Numbered from the stretch's first letter, positions 14,200-30,431 are shown. The stretch is 64,000 nt of DNA from Octopus vulgaris (GCA_951406725.2 OX597819.1:102052001-102116000); one strand, 5' to 3'. Numbers and translations are program-made. Notes: generated by a model not told the origin, from the letters alone.

Positions 14200-14378
14200 C
14201 ATCATCATTATTATAATTATTATTATTATTCCGCTTAGGTCGACTTTGCCTTTCATCCATTAGGGTCGATAAAATAACAATCATTCAATTCAAACTATTA
14301 TCATCATCATCATTATTAGTATTATTATTATCATCATTATTATCATTATTATTATTATTATTATTAGTATTAATATTA

Positions 14379-14412
<34 letters not shown>

Positions 14413-14425
14413 CATCATTATCATC

Positions 14426-14472
<47 letters not shown>

Positions 14473-15059
14473 TACGGCGGTAGATTGGTCTAATGCTGAA
14501 CTGACATCGTTCACGTTCGTAAAACGGTATGATATTTGTGCTACAAATGGCTGACTACTCGTTTGATTTCCTGCTTATGTTTCAACTGGTATCACTTGTT
14601 ACGTGTAAAATTATTTGCAGCTTAAGGTCCATTTGTTGTTTTTGCTTGGCATGTTTTATTATGGCATTCATATAGCTCCATCGTAAATGACTGTTCTTGT
14701 CTGATTTCCTGATGTACCACTATATTTATCAGTACGCGTAACATGTTGCTATTTATAGCTGTAGCTAAACCGCTTTTGTTTGCCACTGTAATTTACTACA
14801 GTATTGCAGTTTTAACGACTTTCCATACTTTCTTTAGTTGTTTATAGGAGAAAGTCTTTTTCTTTTCTCTTCTTTCTTTCTTTCTTTCTTTCTTTCTTTT
14901 TTTTTCAATTTAGTTACACGTATATCAATAATAATTAAACGCTTCAGAACACTAAAAAATTCCTTGATTAATACTCCCTGCTGAAATCGAAGTAGCATGG
15001 CATTTACACACATCTGGCTATTTCGTATCCTACCGAACAATATATATATATATACACAC

Positions 15060-15114
<55 letters not shown>

Positions 15115-15902
15115 CATACATACATATACATATATATACATATACATATATATATATATATATATACATATATACATATACATATACATACATACATATA
15201 TGCATGTATATGTACATATATATATATTTATGTATATATACTCATATATACATATATATATAAACACACACACACACATATATATATACTGAGAGTGAGA
15301 GAGAGTGAGAGAGAGTGAGAGAGAGAGAGCTACTATTCATGCTACAATTCGTAGTGCGTCACTTGGCTCATAGTCACAAGCTATTACTGCGTGTGTTTTG
15401 CCTTAGTCCATACTCTAGCGTGTGATCATACGTTGCCCCACAAAGTGTGACCAAAGAAAGCATATGAAATAATAAGTTAAATCTTCAAAAATGCTAAAGG
15501 GCGGTGGTAGTACTGTTTCTTTCCGGGAACGGACAGAAGATGCATTGGTACAAATTTTAAAGCTATATGGAATAATTTAAAGCTTAAGTAGATTCTCCTG
15601 GGATTTCTTCCTTAAAACGTAGTAGCAGGGGCTGAAGGCAGATGGAACGTAAGTGAATATCATAAAGTAAGTTTACCATGCAGACGTTCAAGCACCGGTT
15701 CTAACGATTCGTATTAACAACGACAACGAAAATGAAAAATTATTGATAAAGATGGTATTGATGAGGATGATGATGGTGATAATGATGCTGATTGCGACTC
15801 CGGTAATGGTGGTGAAGCAGATTGTAATAATAATAACGGTGAGCGTTGTGTTCACAACAACGACGACGTTGATGTTGACAATGATAATTATGATGATGGT
15901 GA

Positions 15903-15946
<44 letters not shown>

Positions 15947-16025
15947 AATAATAATAATAGTAATGATGATGATGATAATAATAATAATAATAATATCAAT
16001 AATAGTAATGATGATGATGATTATG

Positions 16026-16085
<60 letters not shown>

Positions 16086-17260
16086 GCGATAATGATGATT
16101 ATTAAAACAGTCCTCATTTGCCAAAAGTTTAAACAACGCCCGTAAGGTCTTTAAGATAGTGATCAGTCATGCATGCAAAAATCATCATTTGAAATGTTTG
16201 ACGAAATCCATTTTGTATACCCTAGGCAAGATAATGTAGCTGAAAATTCAGAAAATAGGGTACCTCTCCTTTTACTGCAGAGTTCATTTGCCTCCAACCC
16301 TAGTGCGCAAAATATAAATATCTTTCTTTTATCCAGCTGTCGAGTTATTTCTTACAACAATTCATATACAAATATCCTGAATTTACAAACGATATCCCAC
16401 TATATCTTGTATCTAACATGGGAAAATAGGATGGGAACCATGAGCATAACACGTAACGTTGAAGCCCTTAGAAAAAAATAAGTAACTAAAATAAAAAACA
16501 ATATAAATTTAAAAACAAGCGAATGAATAATTAAAAGAAGGAATAAAGAAAAATTAAAAATAAATAAACAACAGCAAATATGAGAAAATAAAAATGAAAA
16601 TAAAAATGGCAGAAAAGGTCTTATGTTACAATAAACAGCAGAAACGTAACTTGAAGGCACAAAAGCTAAATTGAAGTGAAATACCGGAATGAATATCAGT
16701 GGCAATTTGTGCGAAATATCAAATGAAAAAATATTAAGTTTGGAGTTGGAAAGGGAGAGAGAAAAAGAGGGAGCAAAAAGAAAAAAAAAGGACAATTGTT
16801 TCATGCTTTATATTTTTGTTATTGCTCATTGAGAGAGAGAGAGAGTGGGGGTGAGACCCAAGAAATTAAAGAACAAAAACAAAAAGAGGGGTGGTGGGAA
16901 TCTGGAAAAATAGAAATAAACGACAAAGAATAAAACAACATGGCAGCAAATATAAAAAAAATGCAATACGAAACAAAAGGACACAAATAAAAGTAACTTT
17001 CAGAAAACAAAGAATGCTCCCTATCCTGAAGGCCCATTTGATATTTTTAATGATCTGTCCCCTTTTCTTCAAGCTTAGACTCTCCCTTTCTCCGTTTCCC
17101 TCACTTTCTCTGTCAGCGAATGAGGGTCTTGTTACCAAAGCAAAATCACAAATACATACATGTGTGTCTACATACATACACATACACACAAACATACATA
17201 TTTTATATGCACACACACACACAATCTCTATACGTTACCAAGACCCGAAAGGAAAACAGG

Positions 17261-18355
<1,095 letters not shown>

Positions 18356-18869
18356 TTGTACAAACGCATACAATCATATCTAAGCATGTAGTGTTATATA
18401 TGGGGGCAAGTATAAGTATTACGACAATCGAAACAAAAGCAATTTAAAACAAAAGATGGCATATAAAGCATTTATTTACAAAAGACAATCACACTGTCTC
18501 AAATATGCACAGGTGCAAGCTAAATACAGAACGACATTTTTGTCACCTAATATGTATATGCAACAATAGTAATTCGTTTGTGTAAGACATAATGACATTT
18601 TTTGCCGTGTAGGTTGTTGGGTGGCTCGATGGTCAGTTTCACTGGATTGGGGGATTTGCACAAACTAATAAGTACAGTAACATTCTGGACCACAGAACGA
18701 GTTATCACGTCTTAAAGAAGCTTACTGGTTGATTATTTTTTAGACGTGAATAAAAGAGAATAAAATAAAAGAAAAAACGATAATTTGGGACGATACCAAA
18801 ATACATAGATAAATAGCATGGCAAGGAGACAGGCAAACAGATAAATATGTGTAGAGAGATAGGTAGACA

Positions 18870-18935
<66 letters not shown>

Positions 18936-19460
18936 TTGTATGTAGATATATATATATATATATGCGTATACATATATAGAGGGACAGACAAATAGACAAA
19001 CAGAGAGGCAGACAGACAGACAGACAAACAGATGGACAGATAGATAGATAAATAGATATTTAGATAGATGATAGACTGATAAATAGATAGATAGACAGTC
19101 AAGTAGGCACACAATCTGATAGATAGATAGGTAGATAGATAGATAGATAGATAGAGAGATAGAGAGAGAGAGATTAAAAGATGGCATGTCGTCATCTGAA
19201 AAACTTATATATCGAAGTATGAGTGTTTGAATGAGACAGAGCGTAAATGAACGAAATAGATATAAGTATATGCTATAGCATGCTACCAGCAGCCATTGCT
19301 ATACTGCTAAGACAGGACCATATTGGAACTGCAATGAACCATAGATTAAACTATTAGATTATCTCTTTGAGAAACAAATATCGAATGAGTCGAATATACA
19401 AAACTGTGGTTAATTGAATAAATAGAAAAAAAATGAAGAAGCATTAAGTTTATACCGAAG

Positions 19461-19513
<53 letters not shown>

Positions 19514-20844
19514 AATCTATACGTATATATGAAAGTAAGGAATAAAAAGTGTGTTGAGTATCAACAGACGATATGGTTAGCATCATTCTAACGCTACCAA
19601 TTAGTTCTGGGTGGAGACTTTGGCTGATCCCGCACTCCCTTCTTTACCCACCATTACTTTTTTTTTTTATCACTTCTGTAAGATTTTGAAGCAATTATAT
19701 ATATATATACCTACATACATACATAAATATATATATAAACTAAAGAAAAAGCAAATACGAAGCATAATGGAAAAGAAAAGTTGTAAGTATAGATTTAAAC
19801 AAAAAACGTGGAGTGGAAATATAACGTAGAAACCACAACATCGGCAGCAGAAAGAATAACAATAAAAATATATAAACGAAGTGAAAGAAGAACTGTGGAG
19901 TTTAGTCTGTGACAGAAATGATAGAATGAACCTGATGGAATCAAGGATGAGAGAACAATAAGTTCTGTTTTGCAATTTTCTTTTTCTATTCTTCACTGAC
20001 GATGAAAAGAAGAAAGAAAGAAAAAAGATCCCAAACTAAAACCATTTACGAGAAATGAAATCTGAGAGCGAGATCGGAAAATATGGCAGTTGAAAAACAA
20101 AACATATATACACACATATATACACATATACCTACAGTTGAAAACTAATACACACAAACCCGCACGCAGGCACACTAAGACTTACACATACATGATATAC
20201 ACAGTAAAAATATATACACACTTAAAACTACATTAAGAATGTACAAATAATTTCTGTTTCCCTCTTTTTTGGACACACAGGTGTAGATACGTAAATAAAT
20301 CATATATGTGTGCATTGCGCATACACACACTCACAGATCTATGTGTGCGTGCGTATATATATATAACATATATGTGTACATACACAAATACATACTGAAG
20401 TATATAAATCGTTATATGTATACACATATTTATAAATATTATATACCAATGCCGTGTGTGTAGTGTATATGTAAATATCGGCACATACACATACTGGAAT
20501 ATATATATATATGAAAAAAACATAAATGCATAATTAGTGAGGGTGGGCAAAGAAAGAGCGACGTATATATGTAAACACACATATGTCAAAGACATGAGTG
20601 ACAAACAGCAAAAAACCATATGTTTCCCCTCGCAAGCCGCCTGCAAATGACATAGTATTATTAACAATGCAATGTATACACACTCATATATCTGCACACA
20701 CACACAAACACATGCATACACCATTGAATCCTATCTAGAGCAACGCAACCTAGAACTACAACTAACGTTGGCCGTTATTACAATTTCTGGTACATTACTC
20801 AATTTGGAACTGCGCCTGCATTCGTGAATATATATATATATATT

Positions 20845-21275
20845 TTGTTTATTTGTTTGACTTGTTTCAGTCATTTTGCTGCGGTCATGCTAGAGTACCA
20901 CGCCTTTAGTCGATTAAATCGACCCCAGGACTTATTCTTTGTAAGCCTAATACTCATTCTATCAGTGTATTTGGCCGAACCGTTAAACTTCGGGGAATTA
21001 AACACTCCAACATCGGTTGTCAAGGTGATGGTGGCAAGACAAACACTGAATAACAACTACACACACACACACACACACACTCATTTATATACAAGACAGT
21101 TAGATAGATAGATAGATAGATAGATAAGACAGGCTTCTTTTAGTTTCCTCCTACCGAATCCACTCACAAGACTTTGGTCTCCCCGAGGCTATAGTAGAAG
21201 TAATTTGCCCACGTGCCACACACTGAGAGTTAACCCAGAACCATATGGTTGGGAAGCAAGCTTCTTACCACACAC
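20845..21275 (-). mobile_element. SINE family A
   Basis: Homology to 34251-34676 across the tail (CTTGTTTCAGTCATTT), the centre and the head. Confidence 0.85.
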
Positions 21276-21277
21276 AA

Positions 21278-21310
<33 letters not shown>

Positions 21311-21371
21311 ATTTTAATCCAAACGGGAAAACAAAAAAACAACAACAATGGAACAATTACAGTATTATTAT

Positions 21372-22110
21372 TAATAGGCGCTCAGGAAATGGAAGCAGGA
21401 GGGTATGACGTTTCGAGCGGAGCTCTTCGTCGGAAACATAAAGAAGGAAGAGAGAGAAAGAAAGATCCCAAAGCGGGCAACAGGGATAGAGAAAAAAAAC
21501 GACTGGTGTTTACGAGTTACACATGGTGAAAGGCGGAAGTTTACGATAACAAGAGCAAAGTAGGTTTTTAAAGGCAAAAGAGTGGAGACAAGGTTGGTAA
21601 CGCAACAGATGTGTGTGTATGTGTGAGCGTGTGCGTGTGTGTGTGTGTATGTGTGTGTGTGAGGCGAGATAAAAAAACAAAAAATATATGTATGTGTTAG
21701 TGTGTGCGTCTGTGTGTAGGCGTGTGAGGTAGGGCGTGGTAGGCATAGCAGACACTGGTCAGTAGTAAGAAAAAGAAGGAAGGAGGAAGGGAGGGAGGGG
21801 AAGGGGTGGGGGCGTATGTAGCGTGCCAGCGTGTGTTGAGTAGTAGTGTGTGTGTGTGTCCAGTGTCGTGGTAGTATTAATGGCGAGTAGATTGAATGTG
21901 TGTAAGAGTAATGTATATATTTAAGCAATGTGTGTATATGTGTGCGCGTGTGTGTAACAAAAAAGGAGGGGGTGTTAAGGAAAAAGGACTCCAGCTGAGG
22001 GGAAGATGGAAGAGTGGTCCCGCGGAGACGGGCGTGGGAAAACCCAACGACAAGCGACGGTCCCAGGAACGGGCGGGAGGTCTCGTCGGGTCCAAGAGCG
22101 AGGTGCATGC
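21372..22110 (-). mobile_element. Degenerate Penelope-like retroelement 3' end (GIY-YIG tail remnant, 3' UTR, hammerhead-like motif)
   Basis: Minus strand runs from a GC-rich segment ending ...LNTPSFF through a CA-rich UTR to CCGACGA-A-GAGC-TCC-GCTC-GAAAC-GTC and TTCCTGAGCG. The last part is shared with the 9341/31225 repeats. Confidence 0.55.
21403..21438 (-). ncRNA. Minimal Penelope-type hammerhead-like motif (non-canonical core CCGACGA)
   Basis: Core variant, stem II GAGC/GCTC, GAAAC and GUC triplet, with palindromic ACGT stem III. Stem I is poorly paired. Confidence 0.4.
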
Positions 22111-22286
22111 GGCGCGTATGCGTGCGCGAACCGGCGCAAGCGCGTGTGTGCGCGCGCCTGCGAGTATGCGCGTAAGTGTGTATGTGTGTGGATGTGTGAG
22201 TGTGTCTGTGTGTATGTCTGGGTGTCAGTGTGTCCGATGAAATGTATGTGAGTATGTGTGTATATATGTGTGTGCATAGATGTATG

Positions 22287-22322
<36 letters not shown>

Positions 22323-22599
22323 AGTGTGTATGTGTGTGTAGGATGCATGTATGTGTATGGGTGTATGTATGTATGTGTACGTGCGTGTGTGTGTGTGTAT
22401 GCGTGTAGGTGTGCGCGTGTGCATGCATGCATGCATGTGCGTATGTGTGTGTGTGTGCATGTGTGTGGGTATATATGTATGTGCGTATATATGTGTATGT
22501 GCGTACATGTGTGTGTGTGTATGCATGTGTGTGTATGTAGGTGTGTAGGCGTGTGTGTATAGGTGTATGTATGTAAGTATGTATGGGTGTGTCCGTGTA

Positions 22600-22640
<41 letters not shown>
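22110..22640. repeat. Degenerate (TG)n/(CG)-containing alternating purine-pyrimidine array
   Basis: Direct reading. It produces the His/Thr-rich 519-aa pseudo-ORF. Confidence 0.9.
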
Positions 22641-24081
22641 GCGCAGGAGTGGCTATGTGGTAAGTAGGGCGCATATAAAAAATGACCTTCCCGAAATGCA
22701 ACAATAGAATGATATATATATATATATATATATATAGAGCAATTAAAAAATACACATACATATTTGTAGAGTATTGAAGCAGGTAAGGAGCAATGCAATG
22801 TATGGCAGTAGTGAGAACTGCGCGCGTATGCCAGTACGTAAATATTCGAACATATATACATACATACATACATACAGACAGACAGACAAACAACAAAACT
22901 ATAACTGACCACAAACGTCTTAAGTGACAATGTTATCTGCTTGACCTGGTCAAATAAACAATTATGAGTCTCGTCCTCTTTAGATAAATCTTTAGTGAAA
23001 CAGAAACCTTATGAAGCTTTTAAGTAAAAGATATTACTAATTGGCTAAGTAAGTTTTCTTTTTATTTCATGCTGTCATTTTATAAAGAAATGCAATTAAA
23101 TATTTATTGTTATTCTGCTTCAATTCTCTCAATAATTGTACGTTGTCAAAAATGTTTAGGATTCACTGTGCATGTATAAATGTGCGTACGCATACATTTA
23201 CACGCACTCAAGTATGTATGTATTTATGTATGTATGTATGTATGTATGTTTGTACATCTATATGTACATGCAGAAGCACTTATTTCTTATATTGATTGAT
23301 AGCTCACAATAACATAGGCCATATAAATCAACAAGCTAGTTTTTCGTATTCCAACCTGTTAGAGCTTGGGGTTAAAGGTAAAATAGCTATGTCGCAAAGG
23401 CCTGAAAACGCACACACACACACAACTGAATGAGAATGTTTTTGTTAAAGAACTCTATAAATAAAATGTTTAAATTGTGTAAAATCACAGTGGGAACACC
23501 ATCCTTACAAGTCTAAAATTTTGAAATACATAGATAATAATACTAGAAAGTATTCAAAAATTAAAACTACAAAAAAGAAAGAAAAAAAATCGGTAAAAAA
23601 TACACGGCTTCTTTTAAAGATTAACACGTTGTTTGGATTTGAATAAAAATGAATGTAACATGAAATACAATAAAAATTACGTTGTAAAATACTCTAAGAT
23701 TATTTCCTTTTAAAATCTAGTAAACTGTCACCGTAACTATAAGAGTTGTTCGTGTTTGTTAATTGGTTACACGGTTCTCTCGCTGATTGATGAAAAAAGA
23801 AGTGAAATAGATTCAATGTGGGAGTTTATTATTAGCATAATAACCCTACCGAGAATGAAAAAATGCAAGTCTAAAATTTACTAAAAATAAACTAAATAGC
23901 GCTTAAATGTGGATTGATTGACTTTAAAGCAATAAATTAGAATTCATTAAATTGGAAATTCTAACATTTTAGTGTGTCACAGTCGGTATAATTTTATGGA
24001 TTCCGATATACGGTCAACCACACTTGTATGTATATCCGCCATAACAGTGTGAGTCATAAGGTTTATATATGGCTTTCTTAA

Positions 24082-24290
24082 GGCGGCGAGGTGGCAGAAA
24101 CGGTAGCACGTGGGGCGAAATGCTTAGCGCTATTTCGTCTGTGTTTACGCTCTGAGTTCAAAATCTGCCGAGGTCGACTTTGCCTTTCACCCTTTCGCGG
24201 TCGATAAATTACCAGGTGTGTACTGGGGTCGATGTAATCGACTGGCCCCCTCCCCCAAAATTTCTGGCCTTCTGCCTAGAGCAGAAAAGT
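24082..24290 (+). mobile_element. tRNA-derived SINE family B, full length
   Basis: GGCGGCGAG.TGGCAGAA (A box), GAGTTCAAA (B box), central GCCGAGGTCGACTTTGCCTTTCA.CCTTTCG.GGTCGATAAA (resembles the Meta-type SINE domain, from memory) and CTGGGGTCGATGTAATCGACT. Confidence 0.88.
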
Positions 24291-25549
24291 ATATAACTTT
24301 CTTGTTTACAATAAAATTTTGTAATACAGTTGAAGTCCGCCCATAACCAAGCAGTTCGACAAAAAGACGATAAAATAATTTACCAGCCATATTATTAAAA
24401 AAAGATCGACTAAGATCATGCTGGTAGTGCTGCCGCATAGCCAGTGACCGATATAAGAAAAAAGATTTTTTAATTACTCATATATATCTACACACAAATT
24501 TCATGACATGGCTGTGAAAAAAATACGCGAATAAAGCTGGATTGGCACAACTGGAACGCTAAACTAGCTTACTGATGGACCAGGTATTTGCTCTCGAAAT
24601 TCTAAATAACCGCATGAAGAGCCACAAAATCCGTATCTCATTTTATAATTATTATTATTATTTATACTACATTCATCTTTCGAACACAACTTTCACACTC
24701 CAGAGGAAAAATAAAAATAAAAAGACACGTATAATTTAATACATTGTACATGAATACCTATACGTTCAAAAACGCACAGACACATATGGGCGTCGTAAAT
24801 ACGCCTCTTCTCGCACCACACACACACACGTATATCAGTTTGGTATGTTAACCTGCCCCATCACTAGAGAATGTCCATCAACAGATCACTGTGAAGTTTA
24901 TCCCTCTAGGGACCCCTAGATAGAGTGAAGGGATTTCGAGTTTTCATAACTGGGAGAAGCACAAATAGAGAAAAGAGCGAGCGAGAGAGAGGGAGACAGA
25001 CAGACAGAGGGGGTATGTTTTATGGGGGCCAGAACCACAAGAAACTGAGCTAAGTAGGGAGCAAGAGGAAGGTGAAAAACATGAAGGGATGAGATTGGCG
25101 GTGGATAGGTGGCTGTGGCCTTAAGGGACCTTCAAGAATAAAACAAATAAGGAACACAGTGAGTGTCTACTTTGAAGTGCAAGGAAAGAGACTGTTGTCG
25201 GTGTTGGAGTAGGGAGGTGAACATTTGATGGTGGCGGTGAGGTGGAGGTTGTGTATAGGGAAGGGCTTCTATATTGAAAGGTGATGCGGGAGACGGAAGA
25301 TGTTTGTAGGGATTATTATAAAGAAACTTAAAAGATGTTAGTAGATTCGTTGTTTGGTCAGCAGCGGACTGAATGTCATGTTGACCGATACGGACTAAAT
25401 AAAATGATAAAGCGGGTGAAAGACGAGAATACACGTACACACATATCGACACACACGCACACGTAAATACAGAGAGAAGGGGAGAGAGAGGGCAGAATTG
25501 AATAGAGACAACGAAAGAACACTTATCTTCTAACTTTATCTTTTTCTGT

Positions 25550-25790
25550 TTTATACTTTTACATGTTTCAGTCGTTGGTCTGCGGCCATGCTGGGGCAGC
25601 GACTTGAATTTATGTTGAACGAATCGGCCTCAATAATTTTCTGTTCAATCTCGGTACTTATTCTATCGCTTTCTTGGGCCAAACCGCTATCTTACGGGGA
25701 CATAAACAAGCCAATACCGGTCGTCAGGCGGTGGGGAGGGGACAAATAAAGACAAAAGCAAACACACACATATATTTATATACGTATATA
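25550..25790 (-). mobile_element. SINE family A, 3' half
   Basis: GTTTCAGTC..TGGTCTGCGGCCATGCTGGGGCA...GGTACTTATTCTATCG. Confidence 0.75.
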
Positions 25791-25794
25791 TATA

Positions 25795-25975
25795 GGCGCA
25801 GAACTGGCTATGTGGTAAGTAGCTTGCTTTCCAACCACATGGTTCCGGTTTCAGTCCCACTGCGTAACAACTTGGGCAAGTGTCTTCTGCTATAGCCTGT
25901 ATATATACATTTACGAGGAGTTTCTTTCAGTTTCCGTCTACCAAATCCACTCACAAGGCTTTGGTCGACCCGAGG

Positions 25976-26022
<47 letters not shown>

Positions 26023-26232
26023 TGTGTGTCTGTATTTGTCCCCCCACCATCGCTTCACAACCGATGTTGGTGTGTTTACGTGCTCCGAAACTTAGCAGTT
26101 CGGCAAAAGAGATCGATAGCATGAGTACTAAGCTTACATAGAATAAGTCTTGGGGTTGATTTGTTCAACTAAAAGGCTCTATTCCAGTATGGTCGCAGTC
26201 AAATGACTAAAACAAATAAAGTGATAAAAGAA
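25795..26232 (+). mobile_element. SINE family A with an internally inverted central segment
   Basis: Head GGCGCAG..TGGCTATGTGGTAAG (A box) and GGTTTCAGTCCC (B box), CORE-like CTTGGGCAAGTG. Segment 25899-25980 is in the opposite orientation; the 3' part is normal. Confidence 0.85.
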
Positions 26233-26674
26233 TATATATATATATACACGCATATATATATATATCTGTCATTGTGTATATGAGACTTTATTATGGAATT
26301 TCGCTTCCTCTTTCCCTAACTAAACCATTCCGCATGATTTGAGATCATTTGCCTGTTCATGCTAAAAGGTCGAACGGTCACATACAAGCTCCTTATCTTA
26401 TTGTATATATTCAACCTCAGGTTAGTGTTGATTCAGCAGACCAATATTCTAGAATATCCCAAGCGTGACCATCCTGCCTATTTTCAGGCTAAATTTATCA
26501 AATATATTAACCAATATTCTCCTAGGTATTATCAACAAGCAAAAATTAGTTATTTCCAGCATTTTGTAAAGGTTGTCAATAGTAATGTATTTTCGTTTAT
26601 GTTCTTTAGACCCAAGTCAGCTCTAATCATACAGACATATGGTCAGTTTTGTCCTCAGTTTGACCTCCTCAACA

Positions 26675-27012
26675 CAAGCGTGGCTGTGTGGTAAGCTTTA
26701 TCCCAACCACATACCACCTTGGGCGAGTGTCTTCTATTGTCTCGGACTGACCAATTCCTTGTGAATGCATTTGATAGACGGAAACTGAAAAAAGCTCGTC
26801 GTATGTATGTGTGTGTGTGTGTTTCTGTCTGGCCCCACCACCACCGCTTGACAACCGACGTTGGTGTGTTTATGTCCTCGAAACATAGCATTTCGGCAAA
26901 ATACATAAAAAAAATAATACCATGGTTACAAAATGTACTGGGGGTGATACATTTGACAAATTTTTTTAAGGTGGTGCCCCAGAAAGGCCGCAACTTAATG
27001 ACTGAGGCAAAT
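26675..27012 (+). mobile_element. SINE family A, degenerate
   Basis: GCGTGGCTGTGTGGTAAG...CCTTGGGCGAGTGTCTTCT...GACGGAAACTGAAA...GTGCCCCAG. Confidence 0.8.
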
Positions 27013-27656
27013 AATGGATTCAGGACTCTGTTCCTTAATGTATCCTTCCTCTTTCAAACACAATACAGGGTTGCTTGAGGGAGAATAATTTATAGGTGAT
27101 TGTATCATATCAATCGGTCACATAAAAGCTCCGCCGTTGGCTAGACAGTCGGACTTTGAGAAGTATTTTAACCATAACATAGCAACAACTGGTGAAATCT
27201 CAAACGTTTGTTTACCATTCTCTCTATTATCTCGACCACTTATGTTCACAGTGTGTGAAATAGCTCTTAAATATTACTTTCGGATTCAGACGCAAGGCCA
27301 TTGATCCCAGAAAAATGAAAGGCCAGTTCTTTGCACTTAACCTTACTAATTTGATACCCAACGTTATAAGGGCAAGTAAATATATTTATTTACCCTTTAT
27401 ATGGTTGGGTATCATATATATATATATACTTACGTAGAGTCATTGTACACTTGTACAATTTTTGCCTTTTCTACGCTTTTTCAGTCACGTGTTTTGCTTG
27501 TCTCCCTTTATCGCATGACCTTTATCATACTCGAGTGATTGTGTATCTATCTACCTCTCTCTCTATACATATGTGTATATGTATGTATATGTATACAGAG
27601 ACACACATGTATAAACACCTAAACATAGAAATAAACATAGATAGATAGATAGATAA

Positions 27657-27689
<33 letters not shown>

Positions 27690-27980
27690 TATACACGCGG
27701 CCGCGCAAACATATATAATGAAAAAGCCTTAGTGAAGATTTTCATTTCTACAGAGGAAGACGTTGTTTCCCGCTAACTTGGAAGATGACGGGAAAGGATA
27801 TTGAAGTTAAGCTGTGAGCTAACACACATCCACTCATAGACAGCAACTGCACTTATTTGCACATATCGTTGTGGGTTAATCCCAGATTAGCGTCAAAAAT
27901 ATGAGAAATGTAACACATGTGTCTGTCTCATTTAAAATTAGTGTGAAAGGCCAACAGCTTTGATGTGCATATAAATATAT

Positions 27981-28023
<43 letters not shown>

Positions 28024-28026
28024 TTA

Positions 28027-28097
<71 letters not shown>

Positions 28098-28465
28098 GTA
28101 TATTTATATATATGTATATTTATATATATATATGTATATTTATATATATATATTTATATATATATATATATATACACACATATATATAAGCTACCAAGGC
28201 ACTTAGTCTGAGAAAGAGAAGATAAATGCGGAGATGTAGAGGGCGAGGTGTACAATAGGTGCATATTCATTGTTGTAGAGCAAAATTTAAATCTGCAGTA
28301 AAAATGTATTATCCTTTTGTGTTACACAAAAGATCGCTTGTCTGATCTAAACGAAAGCATTTACACGATTTGTTTCCATTTAAATGAATGTAAATATTTG
28401 ATTTAATAAAAAAAAACTTTAATAATAGGAATGCAGAGGACGTTTAAGAAGCCTTATTACCAACA

Positions 28466-28852
28466 GGTGCAGGCATTGGTGAGTGCTAAGAAGCTTGCTT
28501 CCCAACCACATGGTTGCGGGTTTAGTCCCACTGCGTGGCACCTTGTACAAGCGTCTTCCATCTTCCATCGGGCCGTCTAAAGCCTTGTGAGTGGATTTGG
28601 TAGACAGAAACTGATGGAAACCAGTCGTGTGTGTGTGTGTGTGTATGCCTTTCTGTCTGTGTACGTCTCCTCACCAACGCTCGACAGCCGATGCTGGCGT
28701 GTATACGTACCCATAACATAGCGGTTCAGCAAAAGAGACCGACAGGATAAGTACTCGGTTTTTAGAAATAAGTTGATTTGTTTAATTAAATCCTTTCACT
28801 GCGGTGCCCCAGCATGTCCGCAACCAAATGACTGTAACAAGTAAAAGATTTA
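28466..28852 (+). mobile_element. SINE family A, near full length
   Basis: Colinear homology with 34251-34676. Confidence 0.85.
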
Positions 28853-30431
28853 AAATAAAACCAATTAGTTTTAAAGACTCGTGTTCGTTGTTATAAAGAT
28901 TTCTTGCCATGTACATAAAGCTGGGTTGTGAACAATTAGATTGAACAGTGGGGGGGGGGGGGTAGGTAAAGGTAAAGCCATCTCAGGCGTAATTTGAACG
29001 CAGATGCAAAAAGAAGCATTGCATGTATGTCACAAAGTTCTCTACCACGCGTTAAATTCCGCTGACTATATGAGAATTTATTCTGTAATCAAACATGCAT
29101 ACTAACACAAATACATACACATGCATATACGAACACTCGTATCTTTTATTGTTTGTTTATGCCATTGGATTGCGACCATACTGGGACACCGCCTTGAAGG
29201 GCTTATTTCACGGAGGGACGTAAACAAACCAGCACTGGTTGTCAAGCAGTGGCAGGAGATGAACGCAGGTACAAAGACATGAGAACAAGAGAAAGATAGA
29301 GAGACAGGGGTGTGAGAGAGACAGAGACAGAGAAGAGAGAGAAGCTAAATCGACAAAGAAGTCTTCATTAGGTGTTAAAAAAACAAACAAAAAAAAAAAG
29401 CATTGCTCGCTGAAGCATATAGTTTAATTAACATTTCTTAACATTATAAAATGTTCCTCATCCAAGACCACGGGTTGCGTGGTTCGATAGGAAACAATCT
29501 GAAATGGACACAACATGAACGTCGTCTCAGCCAAAAAAAAATGCTTTTCTAACATAGGAATAACGCCAACCATTTTGTCGGGGACAGATTGAGGTGCATG
29601 CCCATCGCCACCAGTGCGCGACAGGTATTTTATTTTATCGACCCTGTTTGTGGATCGACTAAATGTTATTCTTTTCTTCTAGGTTATTAACTGAGTGGTT
29701 CCAACTATAAGTGGAATATATCCTATAGTATATGTAATAATCATTCCTGTTATTGCCAATAACTTCGAAGTTTCCCTAAGTCTATGGCATCTTCAAGCTG
29801 TACACCTCTACTCCGCATATGTATGCATACATATAAACATATACAAGTGTGTGTGTGTGAGTGTGTGTGTGTGTGTGTGTGTTTGTATGACCTCTCTCTC
29901 ACTAATGATAGATATAATGAATATTTGTCCGTCCGTCTGTCTCTATCTATCTATCTATCTCTCAAGACGTTTGAAGCAAATTAATTTTGACCCCGACCAT
30001 GACACAATGAGGGAGGGAAGTGTCAATATTTTAATCTGAACTTTTCTTCTTTTGCCTTCTTTTCTCCTATCCTTTTCCGCATCCCATTTCTTTTTGTTGT
30101 TGTTTTTTTTTCCTCTTCTGCTAACCATTTACTTTTTTTTTATTAATTTTAAATGAAAATCTGACCAGTTCAAACAAAATGACCTGCGCCCTTTCTTTAT
30201 GACTACGGCCAATCAGATTCTGGACCATCCCTTTGTCCCTATATTTTGGACCTCTGTCACCTTTATCAAATGCCCACCCAATAGGAAATTCAACAATAGC
30301 TGGGATGATAGGGTGCAGTGTCGTTTTGCATTCACATGTATGTATGTATGTATGTATGTGTGTATGTATATATATATATACACACACACACATATCTATA
30401 TACATACACACATATACATTTATTATTATTG

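Noticed and set aside
21371-22930. 519-aa minus-strand ORF
   Set aside because: Mostly (CA)n-derived His/Thr repeats plus a decayed retroelement UTR; not a gene.
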